In this document: in pieces, positions 1 through 12,358 of the stretch
Position numbering within the stretch: position 1 is the stretch's first letter
How the letters are laid out: each line of letters opens with the position of its first letter
Assembly (NCBI RefSeq): GCF_016026235.1
Contig: NZ_CP065613.1
DNA: 64,000 nt
Source: Escherichia coli
GTDB lineage: Bacteria; Pseudomonadota; Gammaproteobacteria; Enterobacterales; Enterobacteriaceae
Reading direction: 5' to 3' (one strand)
Made by a program: the position numbers and the translations under genes
Notes under the pieces: generated by a model
Database searches by the model: none
The model's input: the letters and a program-made list of their open reading frames with translations, nothing else
Told to the model about the DNA's origin: nothing

Positions 1-864
1 GCTTCTCACCAACTGGCGCAGCAGTTCGCCGCCGAGGCGGTTGTCGTTGGGATCAGATGAACGTGTCAACGCTTCAGCATAACCCAGTGCGGCATCGCTG
101 TTTTTCGGATCGAGGCGATACGCAGTAGCGTATGCATCGGTGGCGATACTAGCGTTACCCAGCGCCATGCCAACGCGGCCCAACATAATCCAGCCTTCTA
201 TATCTCCCGGATTTTTTTGCAGTTGAGTACGCATCCCCAGCGCAAGACGCGACATCTCTTCTTCGTTGAGCGGATCGGCTTTCGGATCCAGCGCCCTGTC
301 CAGCAACGCCGGAGCCTGTGCCGTGGCCTGCTGCCAGATTTTCACCTGCTGATAATTGCCAGTCTGGTAGTAGCTGACGCCAGCCACAATTAACGCCACC
401 ACAATACCCGGCAGATAAACAATATATCCGGCACGCTTACCTTCCTGCACGCTTTGTTCAAGAAACGCTTCCGGCACTACGCGTACCCGACGCCACGAGC
501 GGGCGTATATGACCCAACCGCCAATGCCAATAGCCACTACCGGAAGCACCCACAGCAGCACGGTCAGCGGCGTTAACGGCGGATCGTAAGTGACGAAGTT
601 GCCGTAACGCGCCACCATATAATCGACAATCTCTTTTTTACTTTTACCTTCCTGCATCAGTTCATACACTTTCTGACGCAGGTCGGTGGCAATCATCGAG
701 TTGGAATCGGCAATGCTGTTGTTCTGGCATTTCGGGCAGCGCAGTTCTTCAGTGAGCTGACGGAACTGTTGTTCCTGTGCTTCATCTTTAAACTGCAACA
801 CGTCGATGGTCGCCAGTGCTGAGCCGGAGATCATCAGCATCAGCACGCCCAATAAAAACCTCAT
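1..864 (-). CDS. ccmH: Cytochrome c maturation protein CcmH, 5' portion only (3' end lies beyond window edge)
   Basis: Minus-strand frame open from window edge to ATG at 862-864 overlapping ccmG stop (ATGA); N-terminus MRFLLGVLMLMISGSALA matches E. coli CcmH; operon context. Confidence 0.85.
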   Translation of the reverse strand, partial: MRFLLGVLMLMISGSALATIDVLQFKDEAQEQQFRQLTEELRCPKCQNNSIADSNSMIATDLRQKVYELMQEGKSKKEIVDYMVARYGNFVTYDPPLTPLTVLLWVLPVVAIGIGGWVIYARSWRRVRVVPEAFLEQSVQEGKRAGYIVYLPGIVVALIVAGVSYYQTGNYQQVKIWQQATAQAPALLDRALDPKADPLNEEEMSRLALGMRTQLQKNPGDIEGWIMLGRVGMALGNASIATDAYATAYRLDPKNSDAALGYAEALTRSSDPNDNRLGGELLRQLVRS

Positions 865-1418
865 TGTGCGGCCTCCTTACTGTATTTCTCCCACAGCGGC
901 TTGATCTCTTCTTCCCAGACGCGAGGATTGAGATCGCCCGCATGGCGATAGCGAATGATACCGTTGCCGTCAATAAGGAAGGTTTCTGGCGCGCCATAGA
1001 CACCGAGATCCAGCCCTAACATGCCGTCGCCATCAAACAGGCTTAGCGCGTAAGGATTGCCCAGCTCTTTCAGCCAGCTGATTGCCTTCTGGCGATCGTC
1101 TTTATAGTTCATGCCGACCACGCGAATGCCCTGCGCTGAAAGCTGATTCAGATATTGATGTTCCGCACGGCAGGTCGGACACCAGGTCGCCCAGACGTTA
1201 AGCAGTACTGGTTTGCCCTGAGTCAGCATATCCGCCTGATAAAACTGCCCCGGATTGTCCAGTGATTCGAGACGAAACTTCGGCACAGGCTTGCCAATGA
1301 GCGCCGATTCCAGATTGGTCGGATCATCCCCTTCGGCATTACGCGCCAGCTGCCACAGCAGCGCCGCGGCAATCGCCAAGAAGATAATCAACGGAATTAA
1401 CAATACTTTGCGCTTCAT
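861..1418 (-). CDS. ccmG: Thiol:disulfide interchange protein CcmG/DsbE (185 aa)
   Basis: ORF track 185 aa; WCPTC thioredoxin motif; position between ccmH and ccmF. Confidence 0.95.
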   Translation of the reverse strand: MKRKVLLIPLIIFLAIAAALLWQLARNAEGDDPTNLESALIGKPVPKFRLESLDNPGQFYQADMLTQGKPVLLNVWATWCPTCRAEHQYLNQLSAQGIRVVGMNYKDDRQKAISWLKELGNPYALSLFDGDGMLGLDLGVYGAPETFLIDGNGIIRYRHAGDLNPRVWEEEIKPLWEKYSKEAAQ

Positions 1419-3358
1419 ACGGCCTCCGGCGCAGTTTTTTGCGGACTCACGCGCTTACGATAGCGAGGATCAAACAGACACAGCAGTCCGCCCAACGCCA
1501 TCATCAGCCCGCCCGCCCAAATCCAGCGAACAAATGGTTTGTAGTAAAGACGCACGGCCCACGCGCCGTTTTCCAGCTCTTCACCGAGGGCCGCGTACAG
1601 GTCACGCGTGATGCCGCCGTCAATTGCCGCTTCGGTCATCATCGACCCGGCAGTGTTGTAATAACGTTTTTCCGCATACAGCACCGTTTCCGGTTTACCC
1701 TCTCGCGTTACGCCGATAGTCGCCACACCGCCACGCCAGTTCGGGCCAGTCACCTCTTTGACATCACGGAAGGTGAAGCGATATTCATGAATATCGACGC
1801 TATCGCCGGACTTCATGCGCACATCACGCTCAACGCTATAGTTCTGGCTAAAGGCAATGCCAACAATTGTCACTGCCAGCCCCAGGTGAGCCGCCACCAT
1901 CCCCCAATAACTGAAGGTGGTTTTCGTGCCGCGTGAAATACGCAGCACAGCTTCCGCAATTGCCAGCACCGCAATCCAGCAGGCCATTGCCAGGCCGAGC
2001 ACCGTCATCGCCACCACTTTGCTTTCGAACAGCCACGGCAACAGCAGAGACAGCACCAACGTAGAGATAAATGCGAAAATCAATAAATTGCGGATTTTAC
2101 GTGGGCGATCGCGCCCCCAGCGCACCAGAGGACCGACACCCAGCAGTAGCGCAAACGGCACCATCAGCCAGGTAAACATGGTGTTGAAGAACGGTTCGCC
2201 AATCGAAATACTGCCCAGTCCCAGTTGCTTGTGCACCAGCGGCAGCAGCGTCCCCAGCAACACCACCAGCATCGCGGCGACCAGCAAAACGTTGTTCGCT
2301 AACAGCAAAGATTCCCGCGACCACAGCGCATTGTTTACGCGTGAGCGAACTTTGTGTCCACGCGCGGCAAACAGCAGCAGCGAACCGCCAATCACCAGCA
2401 CCATAAAGGCGAGGATAAACATACCGCGCGCCGGATCAGACGCAAACGCGTGTACCGATACCAGCACGCCGGAACGCACGAGGAAAGTCCCCAACAGACA
2501 CAACGAGAAGGCACTGATTGCCAGCAGTAATGTCCACGCTTTGAAGCTGGCGCGTTGTTCAGTGACCGCCAGTGAGTGCATCAGCGCAGTCCCCACCAGC
2601 CACGGCATAAACGAGGCGTTTTCTACCGGATCCCAGAACCACCAGCCACCCCAGCCGAGTTCGTAATAGGCCCATGCGGAACCGAGCACGATGCCGAGCG
2701 TCAGGAAGATCCACGCTGCCAGCGTCCACGGACGAGTAAAACGCGCATAAGTGCTGTCCAGACGCCCGCTCAACAAAGAAGCAATGGCAAAAGCAAACGC
2801 CACCGAGAACCCCACGTACCCCATATAGAGCAGAGGCGGATGGAAGATCAGCCCCGGATCCTGCAACAGCGGGTTAAGATCGCGCCCTTCAATCGGGAAG
2901 TTCGGCAGCGTGCGTGAGAACGGGTTAGAGGTAAAGAGAATGAACAGCAAAAAGCCGACGCTGACCATCCCCATTATCGCCAGTACACGGGCCACAATAT
3001 CCAGCGGAATACGCTGACTAAAAATCGCCACCGCAAAGGTCCAGCCGCTCATCAGCAGCACCCACAGCAGAAGCGAACCTTCATGCGCGCCCCAGGTAGC
3101 CGCCACGCGATACCATACCGGAAGCTGGGTATTAGAGTTGCTGGCTACATAGGTGACGGTAAAGTCGTTGACCACGAAAGCATTGACCAGCACCAGAAAT
3201 GCGCCAGCCACAGACATAAACAGCAGCCAGGCAAACAAGCGGGAAGACGCCATCATGCGCGCATCTCCGCGCGCCACGCCCCATAGCGGATACACGGACA
3301 GCAGCAGCGCAATTCCGAGCGCCAGACACAGCAGCCCGTTACCAATTTCCGGCATCAT
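1415..3358 (-). CDS. ccmF: Cytochrome c heme lyase subunit CcmF (647 aa)
   Basis: 647-aa polytopic membrane ORF, 4-bp overlaps with neighbours, operon context. Confidence 0.95.
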
Positions 3359-3834
3359 GATGCTGGGTCCTTATAAACACTCGCCGGGCGACGGTGGTTA
3401 GCTTCCATCGCTTTCTCAACTTCTGGCGGCGTGTAGTTTTCGTCGTGTTTCGCCAGCACTTCTTTCGCGAGGATATGATTGCCTTTTTCCAGCTCGCCCT
3501 GCACCACAACGCCCTGCCCTTCACGGAACAGATCCGGCAAAATGCCTTCGTAAGAGACATCCACTGAGCCTTCAGCATCGTAAATAGTGAAGGTCACTTT
3601 CAGCGAATTGGGATCGCGCTGCACACTACCCGGCATCACCATCCCGCCAACGCGCAGACGCTGACCGACTTCCGGCATTTGCTGAGTTTCACGCTTGCCG
3701 TAGAGAATTTCCCCCGGCGTATAAAAGAGATCGATATTCGAGCGCAGCGCATATAGCACCAGACCGATAGTCAGCGCCAGCCCTGCCAACACGGCACAGG
3801 CAATCCACAAGCGGTTTTTACGGCGAATATTCAT
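3355..3834 (-). CDS. ccmE: Heme chaperone CcmE (159 aa)
   Basis: 159-aa ORF with N-terminal membrane anchor; operon position. Confidence 0.95.
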
Positions 3835-4040
3835 GCAGCCTCCTGCTGTTGCGCAGCACGTAAACGCGCCTCACGCGCCCGCTGTTGCGCCACACCACGC
3901 AGAATTGCGCGATGTTGCATCACCGAGTGCACGACCAAAACAACCAGCGGAATAACGGTCATCACCACCGCCAGCCAGACAAAAAAGGCGTAACCGCCCA
4001 TTGCGAAAAATTCATTCCAGGAAGCAAATGCAGGGGTCAT
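3831..4040 (-). CDS. ccmD: Heme exporter protein CcmD (69 aa)
   Basis: 69-aa small membrane ORF between ccmC and ccmE. Confidence 0.9.
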
Positions 4041-4774
4041 TTACGGCCTCTTTTCAGTATCAGTTCACTCACCCACGGACGGCGTTTTTCCATCAGCAAA
4101 ATCAAATTACGCATCCGCATCAGCGTCAGCGTGGCAGACAGGAGCAGGAAGCCAAAAATCGACCAGCGCAGCGGCGAACGCATCGCCGGATCGATACTTT
4201 GCTGCATCCGCGTTGATCCCTGATGCAGGGTGTTCCACCACTCCACGGAGTAATGAATAATCGGCAGATTCACCACGCCAATCAGCACCAGGATACCTGC
4301 CGCACGGCCCGCCAGACGGCGGTCGTCGAAGGCGTGCCACAGGGCAATCACACCCACATACAAAAACAGCAGCACCAGTTCAGAAGTCAGACGTGCATCC
4401 CATACCCACCAGGTGCCCCACATCGGTTTTCCCCATGCAGAGCCGGTAACCAGGGCAATAAAGGTAAACACGGCACCAATGGGGGCCATCGCCGCCACCG
4501 CCAGGTTGGCCATTTTCATCTGCCAGACAAGGCCAATAAACGCTGCCACTGCCATTGATGCATAAATGCCCATCGACCAGATCGCCGCAGGCACATGCAG
4601 GTAGATAATGCGGTAGCTATTTCCCTGCTGATAATCAGCCGGAGCAAAGCCGAATCCCCAGATCCAGCCGACGGTAAGCACGACCACACTGGCAATTGCC
4701 AGCCACGGTATAAACCAGCCACAGATTTGATACAGCCGTGGTGGGATCGCCAGTTGATGCAGTGTTTTCCACAT
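4037..4774 (-). CDS. ccmC: Heme exporter protein CcmC (245 aa)
   Basis: ORF track gives 253 aa; start moved to internal Met (MWKTLHQL...) matching known 245-aa CcmC. Confidence 0.9.
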   Translation of the reverse strand: MWKTLHQLAIPPRLYQICGWFIPWLAIASVVVLTVGWIWGFGFAPADYQQGNSYRIIYLHVPAAIWSMGIYASMAVAAFIGLVWQMKMANLAVAAMAPIGAVFTFIALVTGSAWGKPMWGTWWVWDARLTSELVLLFLYVGVIALWHAFDDRRLAGRAAGILVLIGVVNLPIIHYSVEWWNTLHQGSTRMQQSIDPAMRSPLRWSIFGFLLLSATLTLMRMRNLILLMEKRRPWVSELILKRGRK

Positions 4775-4815
4775 AGTTTCGATACCAGACTCGAACAAAA
4801 ATCAGTAATCCAGCG

Positions 4816-5478
4816 TTATTGAATGCTGATTCGTAACGCTGCCGCCGTCGCAAAAGGACTTAATGTCGCGGTGCCTGCCAGCAACGCGCCTAAAATTGCC
4901 AGATACCCGTCAACGGGCAAATGCATGGAAGCCGCGTCCATCGCGGCGGTGGCGAAGATGAGTAATGGGATAGTCAGCGGTAACACCAGTATGCTGAGCA
5001 GCACACCACCGCGCTTAAGTCCCACTGTCAGCGCCACGCCCGGTGCACCGAGAAAGCCAAGCGTAGGCGTTCCCAGCAGCAGCGTCAGCGCCATCACTTG
5101 CCAGCCATAAACATCCATTCCCAGTAGCATTGCTACCAGTGGCGAAAGGATGAGTAACGGCAGACCGGTTACCATCCAGTGCGCCATCACCTTCGCCAGC
5201 ACAACGGCGGGCAAGGGTAACGGCAACAACATCAATTGTTCAAGACTGCCGTCCTGCAAATCGTCACGGAACAGTCGTTCCAGCGCCAGCAAGGATGAAA
5301 GCAGCGCAGCAACCCAGATAATGCCCGGTGCAATACGCGCCAGCAGTTGCGGCTCCGGACCGATACTGAGCGGAAAAAGGGTAATTACAATCAGGAAGAA
5401 CCACAGCGGGTTGGCGATTTCGGCGCTATGGCGAAACGCTACACGCAGCTCAAGACGGAAAATGCGCCAGAACATCAT
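4816..5478 (-). CDS. ccmB: Heme exporter permease CcmB (220 aa)
   Basis: 220-aa membrane ORF; operon position. Confidence 0.9.
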
Positions 5479-6098
5479 GCGGCCCTCGTTTGCGTCAGTG
5501 AAATGCGGCGAATTTTACTTTCAGCAACGTTGAGCGGCTGGTGGGTAGTCAGAATCACAATCCCCCCCTGCTCCGTATGCTGCGCCATACGCTGGGTCAG
5601 ACGATCGACGCCGTTAACGTCAATCGCGGTAAAAGGCTCGTCGAGGATCCATAACGTGGCACGGGTCAGCCACAGACGCGCTAAAGCGACGCGGCGTTGT
5701 TGCCCGGCCGAGAGCTGATTTACAGGAATATCTTCGAATCCGGCAAGCCCGGCCTGCGCCAGGGCTTCCAGACATTGTGCGGTATCGCCATCGCGATGAT
5801 AAAAGTGCAGATTTTCTAACGCCGTCAGCCGGGTTTTGATCCCCGGCTGATGGCCTATCCATAACAGGTTTTGATGGTAGCTGTCGCGTACCTGATGCAA
5901 GGGCTGCCCTTGCCAGAGAACCTCGCCTGCGTCAGGGCGAGACAACCCCGTCAGCAAACGGAGAAGCGTTGTCTTCCCCGCGCCGTTGCTACCGGTGATT
6001 TGTACCCACTCTCCTGCGTTCAGCGTAAATGACAAGCCACTAAATAAGGTTCGTTCATCCCGCTCACAAAGTAACTCTCTGGCTTCAAGCATACCCAC
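5475..6098 (-). CDS. ccmA: Heme exporter ATP-binding protein CcmA (207 aa)
   Basis: Walker [10 protein letters not shown] and ABC signature LSAGQQRR in translation. Confidence 0.92.
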   Translation of the reverse strand: MGMLEARELLCERDERTLFSGLSFTLNAGEWVQITGSNGAGKTTLLRLLTGLSRPDAGEVLWQGQPLHQVRDSYHQNLLWIGHQPGIKTRLTALENLHFYHRDGDTAQCLEALAQAGLAGFEDIPVNQLSAGQQRRVALARLWLTRATLWILDEPFTAIDVNGVDRLTQRMAQHTEQGGIVILTTHQPLNVAESKIRRISLTQTRAA

Positions 6099-6110
6099 GC
6101 AATAACCCTG

Positions 6111-6713
6111 TTAAAAACCTGGCTCGACTTCACGCATATCGGGCAGCTTGTGCGCTATCCCTTTATGGCAATCAATACAGGTTTGCCCATCTTTCACCGC
6201 CTGGTCATGCATCTTCGCGGCAACCGATTTCTGGGCGGTTGTATCCATATACTCGAAGTTGTGACAGTTACGGCACTCCTGCGAGTTATTGTCCTTCATG
6301 CGCCGCCACTCATTCTGTGCCATCGTCAGACGATGAGCTTCAAATTTCTGCGGCGTGTCAATAACGCCAAAAATTTTACCATACAGCTCTTTACTTGCTT
6401 TGAGCTTGCGTATCATCTTCGGCACAAACTCGTGCGGAACGTGACAATCCGGACAGGTCGCACGGACGCCGCTACGGTTGTTGTAGTGCACGGAATCCAT
6501 GTATTCCTGATACACCGTGTTACGCATTTCGTGGCAGCTAATGCAGAACTCTTCGGTATTGGCTTTTTCCATCCCAGTGTTAAAGCCGCCCCAGAAGACG
6601 ATGCCGCCGACAAAACCGATCAACAGCAGCGTCCCCAGCGCCAGACGGCTGGGGGTACGCCACCATTTCCACAGGCGCTTAATCAGACCAGGCTTACGGT
6701 CAGAATTTCCCAT
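6111..6713 (-). CDS. napC: Tetraheme cytochrome c NapC (200 aa)
   Basis: Multiple CxxCH motifs (CISCH, CPDCH, CRNCH, CIDCH); N-terminal anchor. Confidence 0.95.
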   Translation of the reverse strand: MGNSDRKPGLIKRLWKWWRTPSRLALGTLLLIGFVGGIVFWGGFNTGMEKANTEEFCISCHEMRNTVYQEYMDSVHYNNRSGVRATCPDCHVPHEFVPKMIRKLKASKELYGKIFGVIDTPQKFEAHRLTMAQNEWRRMKDNNSQECRNCHNFEYMDTTAQKSVAAKMHDQAVKDGQTCIDCHKGIAHKLPDMREVEPGF

Positions 6714-6722
6714 AATAACCTC

Positions 6723-7172
6723 TTATTTCCCGTAACCTTTTGATGGGGTAAAGGTATTCCCCACGATTGGCGCGGTATCGGCCTGCGGTACGTGACATTG
6801 CAGACAGAAATAACGACGCGGAGCCACTTCCGCGCCCACTTTGCCGTCGCTGTCCATAAAGTGAGTAGGACTGATACGCGGCGCGCCAGTGGTGCGATAG
6901 CTTTCGACACCGTGGCACTGCAAGCAGCGGTTGGTATTGGTCGTTACCTGATAACCTTCAACGCTATGCGGGATCATTGGCGGCTGATTCACATAGTTCA
7001 GCGGCATCCGATCCTGCTCTTTTGGCATCCGAATGGCCCCTTCCTGCGTCCCGGATACTTCCGGCGACTGGCTAAAATCGACGCCATTAGCCGCCCAAAC
7101 CGCGCCGCTTACCACCAGGGCCAGCATCGCCGTCCATTGACACAGCGCTTTCTTCAGGTCATGGCTTTTCAT
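6723..7172 (-). CDS. napB: Diheme cytochrome c NapB (149 aa)
   Basis: ORF track 156 aa; start moved to MKSHDLKK; two CxxCH motifs (CLQCH x2). Confidence 0.9.
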   Translation of the reverse strand: MKSHDLKKALCQWTAMLALVVSGAVWAANGVDFSQSPEVSGTQEGAIRMPKEQDRMPLNYVNQPPMIPHSVEGYQVTTNTNRCLQCHGVESYRTTGAPRISPTHFMDSDGKVGAEVAPRRYFCLQCHVPQADTAPIVGNTFTPSKGYGK

Positions 7173-8032
7173 GATTTCGCTCCCGAACTCCATCGTGTAG
7201 TTATTGTAAATACATCCTCAGAACAGACATCCACGCAGCGACCGCACGTCATGCAATCGCGGCTGGTGACCTGCACCGGGCTTTGTTCATCCAGCACCGG
7301 GGCACGTAGCACATGCGGTTCCGGGCAAACATGAAAACAATCCATACAGCGGTTACATTTCTGCCGATCGCTGGCCGCAACGGTAATCACACCTTTGCTA
7401 CCCAGCACGCCATACAGCGCGCCAACCGGACAAATGTGCCCGCACCAGCCGTGTTCAACGACCAGTAGATCAAATAAAAACAGCGCGAGAATAAGCAGCG
7501 CGCCGCTGCCGAAGCCCATTACCAGGCTACGCCCCATCAGAGAAACGGGGTTGATCCATTCCCAGATGAGCGTGCCAGTTAAGGCTGATCCCACCAGAAT
7601 GACCACCAACAGCACGTAGCGAATGTGGCGAGGGATCGTCGCAGACTGATTGAGGTCAAAGCGCCTGCGTAACCAGTTCGCTAAGTCGGTAATCGGGTTC
7701 AGCGGGCAGGCCCAGCTGCAAAATAATCGCTTTCCTGCCAGGGCGTAGAGCACGGTGATAATCACCGCACCGGTCAACGCCACCGTGGCAGGCAGATGAC
7801 CACTGGCAAGACTTTGCAGCGTCATCAGCGGATCGGTCAGCGGAACGGTGTCGAATAACAGGCTACTGCTGTAGTTGCCGTGCAAGATCCACACACCAAA
7901 CCACGGACCGCTCAAAAACATCCCCAGCACGAAGAACTGACAAAGGCGACGTAACACCAGCCAACGGTGACTGCGCCACCAGCCTTTTTTCTCCAGCGCC
8001 TCGCGCCCGGCGTCACGTTTACGATTTGCCAT
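7169..8032 (-). CDS. napH: Ferredoxin-type membrane protein NapH (287 aa)
   Basis: 287-aa ORF with TM segments and C-terminal Cys clusters; operon position. Confidence 0.9.
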   Translation of the reverse strand: MANRKRDAGREALEKKGWWRSHRWLVLRRLCQFFVLGMFLSGPWFGVWILHGNYSSSLLFDTVPLTDPLMTLQSLASGHLPATVALTGAVIITVLYALAGKRLFCSWACPLNPITDLANWLRRRFDLNQSATIPRHIRYVLLVVILVGSALTGTLIWEWINPVSLMGRSLVMGFGSGALLILALFLFDLLVVEHGWCGHICPVGALYGVLGSKGVITVAASDRQKCNRCMDCFHVCPEPHVLRAPVLDEQSPVQVTSRDCMTCGRCVDVCSEDVFTITTRWSSGAKS

Positions 8033-8714
8033 TGTTCCCCTCCAGCCAGCCGAAGCGGTAATGGAGACCTAACTCCCCTTTCGCCAGTGACAGCGGTAAC
8101 ACCTTGATTGCCGGTTGTTCCAGCACGCATACTTTTTCGCACTTACCGCAACCGGTACAGGCGTCGCTGTGAACCGTCGGCAGAAAGCGGGCGTGCTTAC
8201 CGGTACGCGTGTTGCGCTCCAGCTCCAGGGTGATGGCCTCATCAATTTTCGGGCATTCGCGATAACAAACATCGCAGCGCAGCCCCTGAAAGTTGAGACA
8301 GTTTTCCTGGTCCACCAGTACCGCCAGCCCCATCCGCGCGTCGTCGATCGATTCAATCTCACGATCCAGCGCACCGCTCGGGCACACTTTGGCGCACGGA
8401 ATGTCCTCACACATTTCGCAAGGAATATCCCGTGCGACAAAATATGGCGTGCCCGCCGACAGACCAGAGGCCAGCGTCGCCAGTTTTAAGGTGTCGTAAG
8501 GGCAAGCCTGAACACACTGACCACAACGCACACAGGCACTGGCAAAGGCGTTCTCGTTTATGGCTCCGGGCGGGCGCAACCGCACGCCAGATGCGCGTGC
8601 GGTTTGCTGTTGTAACCCCAGCGCCACACCCACGGCAGCCAGCCCGCCTGCTGTGCGAACAACATCGCGCAGAAAGCGGCGGCGACCATTTTGAGGTTTC
8701 GCTGACCGGGACAT
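8019..8714 (-). CDS. napG: Ferredoxin-type protein NapG (231 aa)
   Basis: Tat-like RRRFLR signal and four CxxCxxCxxxCP clusters. Confidence 0.9.
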   Translation of the reverse strand: MSRSAKPQNGRRRFLRDVVRTAGGLAAVGVALGLQQQTARASGVRLRPPGAINENAFASACVRCGQCVQACPYDTLKLATLASGLSAGTPYFVARDIPCEMCEDIPCAKVCPSGALDREIESIDDARMGLAVLVDQENCLNFQGLRCDVCYRECPKIDEAITLELERNTRTGKHARFLPTVHSDACTGCGKCEKVCVLEQPAIKVLPLSLAKGELGLHYRFGWLEGNNGKS

Positions 8715-8720
8715 AATGGC

Positions 8721-11207
8721 TTACACCTTCTCCAGTTTGACTGCGCACTTCTTGAAGTCCGTCTCTTTCGAGAGCGGATCGGTCGCGTCCAGCGTTAGTT
8801 TGTTAACCAGCTGTGCGGCGTCGAAGAACGGCATGTACACCAGGCCCTGCGGCGGACGGTTACGACCGCGCGTTTCGACAATCGAGATCACTTCGCCACG
8901 GCGAGAAACCACTTTCACTTTGTCGCCACGACGCAGATCGCGCGCTTTCGCATCCAGCGGGTGAATAAACAGGACCGCTTCCGGGAAGGCGCGGTGCAGT
9001 TCTGGTACACGGCGAGTCATACTGCCGGTGTGCCAGTGCTCCAGAACGCGTCCGGTAGAGAGCCACAGGTCGTACTCTTCATCCGGTGCTTCCGCCGCCG
9101 GTTCGAATGGCAGTGCGAAGATCACCGCTTTGCCATCCGGTTTACCGTAGAACTTATAGCCTTCGCCCGCTTTCACGTACGGGTCGTTACCTTCGCTGTA
9201 ACGCCACTGCGTTTCTTTACCGTTCACCACCGGCCAGCGCAGACCGCGCGCTTTGTGGTAGTCATCGAACGGTGCCAGATCGTGACCGTGACCGCGACCA
9301 AACCATGCGTACTCTTCGAACAGCCCTTTTTGCAGATAGAAGCCCAGCTCGCGGGATTCATCGTTCAGCTGATCTTCCGCCAGTTCGGATACCGGGAATT
9401 TGCTCACTTCCGGGGTGGCATACAGAACCTCGTACAGCGTTTTGCCACGCAGTTCCGGTTTCTTCGCCAGCAACTCTTCCGGCCATACTTCTTCGGTTTT
9501 GAAGCGACGGGAGAACTGAACTAACTGCCAGAGATCCGATTTCGCTTCACTAGGTGCCTGTACTTGCTGACGCCAGAACTGAGTACGGCGTTCGGCGTTA
9601 CCGTAAGCGCCCTCTTTCTCTACCCACATTGCGGTCGGCAGGATCAAGTCGGCTGCCAGCGCACTGACTGTCGGATACGGATCGGAGACGATGATGAAGT
9701 TGCGCGGATCGCGCCAGCCCGGCATACGCTCTTCATTAATGTTCGGCCCGGCCTGCATGTTGTTGGTACACATGGTCCAGTAAACATTCAGCTTGCCGTC
9801 TTTCAGTGCACGGTCTTGTGCCACCGCGTGCAGACCGATTTTCGCCGGAATGGTGCCGCTCGGGATATTCCACTTCTTCTCGCAAATATCACGGTGTTTC
9901 TCGTTAGTCACCACCATGTCCGCAGGCAGACGGTGAGCAAAGGTGCCCACTTCACGCGCAGTACCACACGCGGAAGGCTGCCCGGTCAGGGAGAACGGAC
10001 CGCAACCCGGCTGGGAAATTTTGCCGGTCAGCAGGTGCAGGTTGTAGACCAGGTTGTTGGCCCACACGCCACGAGTATGCTGGTTGAAGCCCATCGTCCA
10101 GTAGGAGATGACTTTCTTGTTCGGATCGGCATACAGCTGCGCCAGTTGTTCTAACTGGTCTTTCGGCACGCCGGTCATTTCGGCAGTTTTTTCCAGCGTA
10201 TACTCGGCAACGAAGGCTTTGTAATCTTCAAAGCTCATCGGTTCGGAGGCGTCAGAACCCGGATTCTTCGCTGCTTTTTCCAGCGGATGGGTCGGACGTA
10301 AACCGTAGCCGATGTCCGTCGCCCCTTTGCGCAGGTTAACGTGCTTGCTGAAGAAGTCCTGATTTATCGCATTGTTTTGAATGATATAGTTGGCGATGTA
10401 GTTCAGGATCACCAGGTCAGACTGTGGCGTAAAGATGATGCCGTTATCCGCCAGCTCGAAGCTACGATGCTGGTAGGTAGAAAGCACCGCCACGGTGACG
10501 TTCTGATTAGAGAGACGACGGTTAGTGATGCGCGACCAGAGGATCGGGTGCATCTCCGCCATGTTTGCGCCCCACAGCACAAACGCGTCAGCCTGCTCGA
10601 TGTCGTCATAGCAGCCCATCGGCTCATCCATACCAAAGGTACGCATAAAGCCAACTACTGCCGACGCCATACAGTGACGCGCGTTCGGGTCGATGTTGTT
10701 CGAACGGAAGCCCGCTTTAAACAGCTTGGACGCGGCATAACCTTCCCAGATAGTCCACTGACCAGAACCGAACATACCGATCGATTCCGGCCCTTTTTCT
10801 TTCAGGGCGGTTTTGAATTTCTCTTCCATCACATCGAAGGCCTGATCCCAGGTGATTGGGGTAAATTCGCCTTCTTTGTCATATTGACCGTTTTTCATAC
10901 GCAGCAGCGGCTGCGTCAAACGGTCTTTACCGTACATGATCTTGGGCAGGAAATAGCCCTTAATGCAGTTCAGGCCACGGTTAACCGGTGCGTCCGGGTC
11001 GCCCTGACAGGCCACCACACGCCCCTGCTGCGTTCCGACCAGAACGCCGCAACCAGTACCGCAGAAACGGCACGGCGCTTTATCCCATTTGATGGCTTCC
11101 TGCTGACCAACAACGGCGCGGGCAACGCCCGGCACGCTGAGACCGGCAGCCGCCGCAGCGGCCGCAACGGCGTTAGCTTTCATAAAGCTACGACGACTGA
11201 GTTTCAT
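8721..11207 (-). CDS. napA: Periplasmic nitrate reductase catalytic subunit NapA (828 aa)
   Basis: Tat signal [19 protein letters not shown]; 828 aa as in E. coli NapA. Confidence 0.97.
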   Translation of the reverse strand: MKLSRRSFMKANAVAAAAAAAGLSVPGVARAVVGQQEAIKWDKAPCRFCGTGCGVLVGTQQGRVVACQGDPDAPVNRGLNCIKGYFLPKIMYGKDRLTQPLLRMKNGQYDKEGEFTPITWDQAFDVMEEKFKTALKEKGPESIGMFGSGQWTIWEGYAASKLFKAGFRSNNIDPNARHCMASAVVGFMRTFGMDEPMGCYDDIEQADAFVLWGANMAEMHPILWSRITNRRLSNQNVTVAVLSTYQHRSFELADNGIIFTPQSDLVILNYIANYIIQNNAINQDFFSKHVNLRKGATDIGYGLRPTHPLEKAAKNPGSDASEPMSFEDYKAFVAEYTLEKTAEMTGVPKDQLEQLAQLYADPNKKVISYWTMGFNQHTRGVWANNLVYNLHLLTGKISQPGCGPFSLTGQPSACGTAREVGTFAHRLPADMVVTNEKHRDICEKKWNIPSGTIPAKIGLHAVAQDRALKDGKLNVYWTMCTNNMQAGPNINEERMPGWRDPRNFIIVSDPYPTVSALAADLILPTAMWVEKEGAYGNAERRTQFWRQQVQAPSEAKSDLWQLVQFSRRFKTEEVWPEELLAKKPELRGKTLYEVLYATPEVSKFPVSELAEDQLNDESRELGFYLQKGLFEEYAWFGRGHGHDLAPFDDYHKARGLRWPVVNGKETQWRYSEGNDPYVKAGEGYKFYGKPDGKAVIFALPFEPAAEAPDEEYDLWLSTGRVLEHWHTGSMTRRVPELHRAFPEAVLFIHPLDAKARDLRRGDKVKVVSRRGEVISIVETRGRNRPPQGLVYMPFFDAAQLVNKLTLDATDPLSKETDFKKCAVKLEKV

Positions 11208-11467
11208 GGTGTTTCCTCACCTTGCTCTTCCTGCTGGTGATAAACCAGCGACACCGCCAGCACGCCCTCTACGTTGCGTACTGACTCAATGGTTTGGATC
11301 AGCGTTTCGCTGTCTTCTGCTTCCACCACCACAATCAACTGACCGCTCGGCGCGTCGCTGACAGCGACTTCACAGCCGAGAAAGGCGTTCAGTTGGGTGC
11401 TGATGTCTGAAATTCGTTCGCTTTTGGCCTGCACGACCAGGCTGCAAACTTGCCAGTTAGTGTGCAT
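11204..11467 (-). CDS. napD: NapA chaperone NapD (87 aa)
   Basis: 87-aa ORF overlapping napA start by 4 bp. Confidence 0.9.
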   Translation of the reverse strand: MHTNWQVCSLVVQAKSERISDISTQLNAFLGCEVAVSDAPSGQLIVVVEAEDSETLIQTIESVRNVEGVLAVSLVYHQQEEQGEETP

Positions 11468-11951
11468 GGAGATACTCCGCAGTTATGGCTGATACCGGAC
11501 AGCTGGCTGCACATGCTCCACATCCGTTGCAAAGTTGGCTATTAAGTTGCGGCTGGTAGATCCCGGAGAGCGTCGGGCGAAAGATAATTGCCATTGGCTC
11601 ACAGCTATCCTGACAGCGGCGGCATTCAACTGACTGATACGCCAGGCACGCGTCCCCGATGGTGAACTGCAAATCCCAGGCCCTGGTGTGGCGCGGAGAA
11701 AATAGCGATTCGGGGCAAGCCTGCGCGCAGGCGTAACAGAAGCTGCACTCGTTATTTTTGAAATTAACGCTCGGATAGCCGCCCGCGCCGCGTTGCAGAA
11801 TGTTGTTTTCACAAGCATTAATACAGGCGTCGCAGCGGGTGCAATGGGTCAGAAAATGAGATTCATCACCGGACCAGGGCGGACGGATACCGTTACTGGC
11901 TTTGCGCCAGCGACCAGTGAGTATGCCCCGACGGGATGCATCAATCTTCAC
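11457..11951 (-). CDS. napF: Ferredoxin-type protein NapF (164 aa)
   Basis: 164-aa ORF with multiple CxxCxxCxxxCP motifs; first gene of nap operon. Confidence 0.9.
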   Translation of the reverse strand: MKIDASRRGILTGRWRKASNGIRPPWSGDESHFLTHCTRCDACINACENNILQRGAGGYPSVNFKNNECSFCYACAQACPESLFSPRHTRAWDLQFTIGDACLAYQSVECRRCQDSCEPMAIIFRPTLSGIYQPQLNSQLCNGCGACAASCPVSAITAEYLHAH

Positions 11952-12064
11952 ATTGACCTTCCATCATTAACGCGCTCTGAAAATTGAGAGCGACCAAATA
12001 AACCGCATAATTAATAAGCCATTTTTATAGCCGCTAAGATATTAAAGGATGTGTCAAAGATGCA

Positions 12065-12080
12065 TACCCCGATCGGGGTA
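12065..12080 (-). promoter_or_regulatory. NarP/NarL 7-2-7 heptamer pair (TACCCCG-AT-CGGGGTA) in napF promoter; a degenerate FNR-like site lies about 12085-12098
   Basis: Perfect inverted heptamers matching TACYYMT-nn-AKRRGTA read directly; position upstream of napF fits the known nitrate-responsive control of nap. Confidence 0.6.
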
Positions 12081-12358
12081 AAACCTGTAGCAGGATCAAA
12101 AGAGTGGCGGGAAGCGTGGCAAAAACGGGCTTTTGCTCACATTTCAAATGGTTATAAACATATTTATATAGCGATTAATTCACCAGAGATATTTCTGCTG
12201 GTTTGTTCTCTCACCAGAATTTAACACTAAAAGAGCAGGTAAAATTGTCTGAATGTTCTTTAAGTTATTCATAAAGCAAATTAATAAATCTGATGAATAT
12301 GTTAACCTTCAGCGACATCATCGGTGAAAACCTATAAATGAAGAAGGAAAGCAAAAAA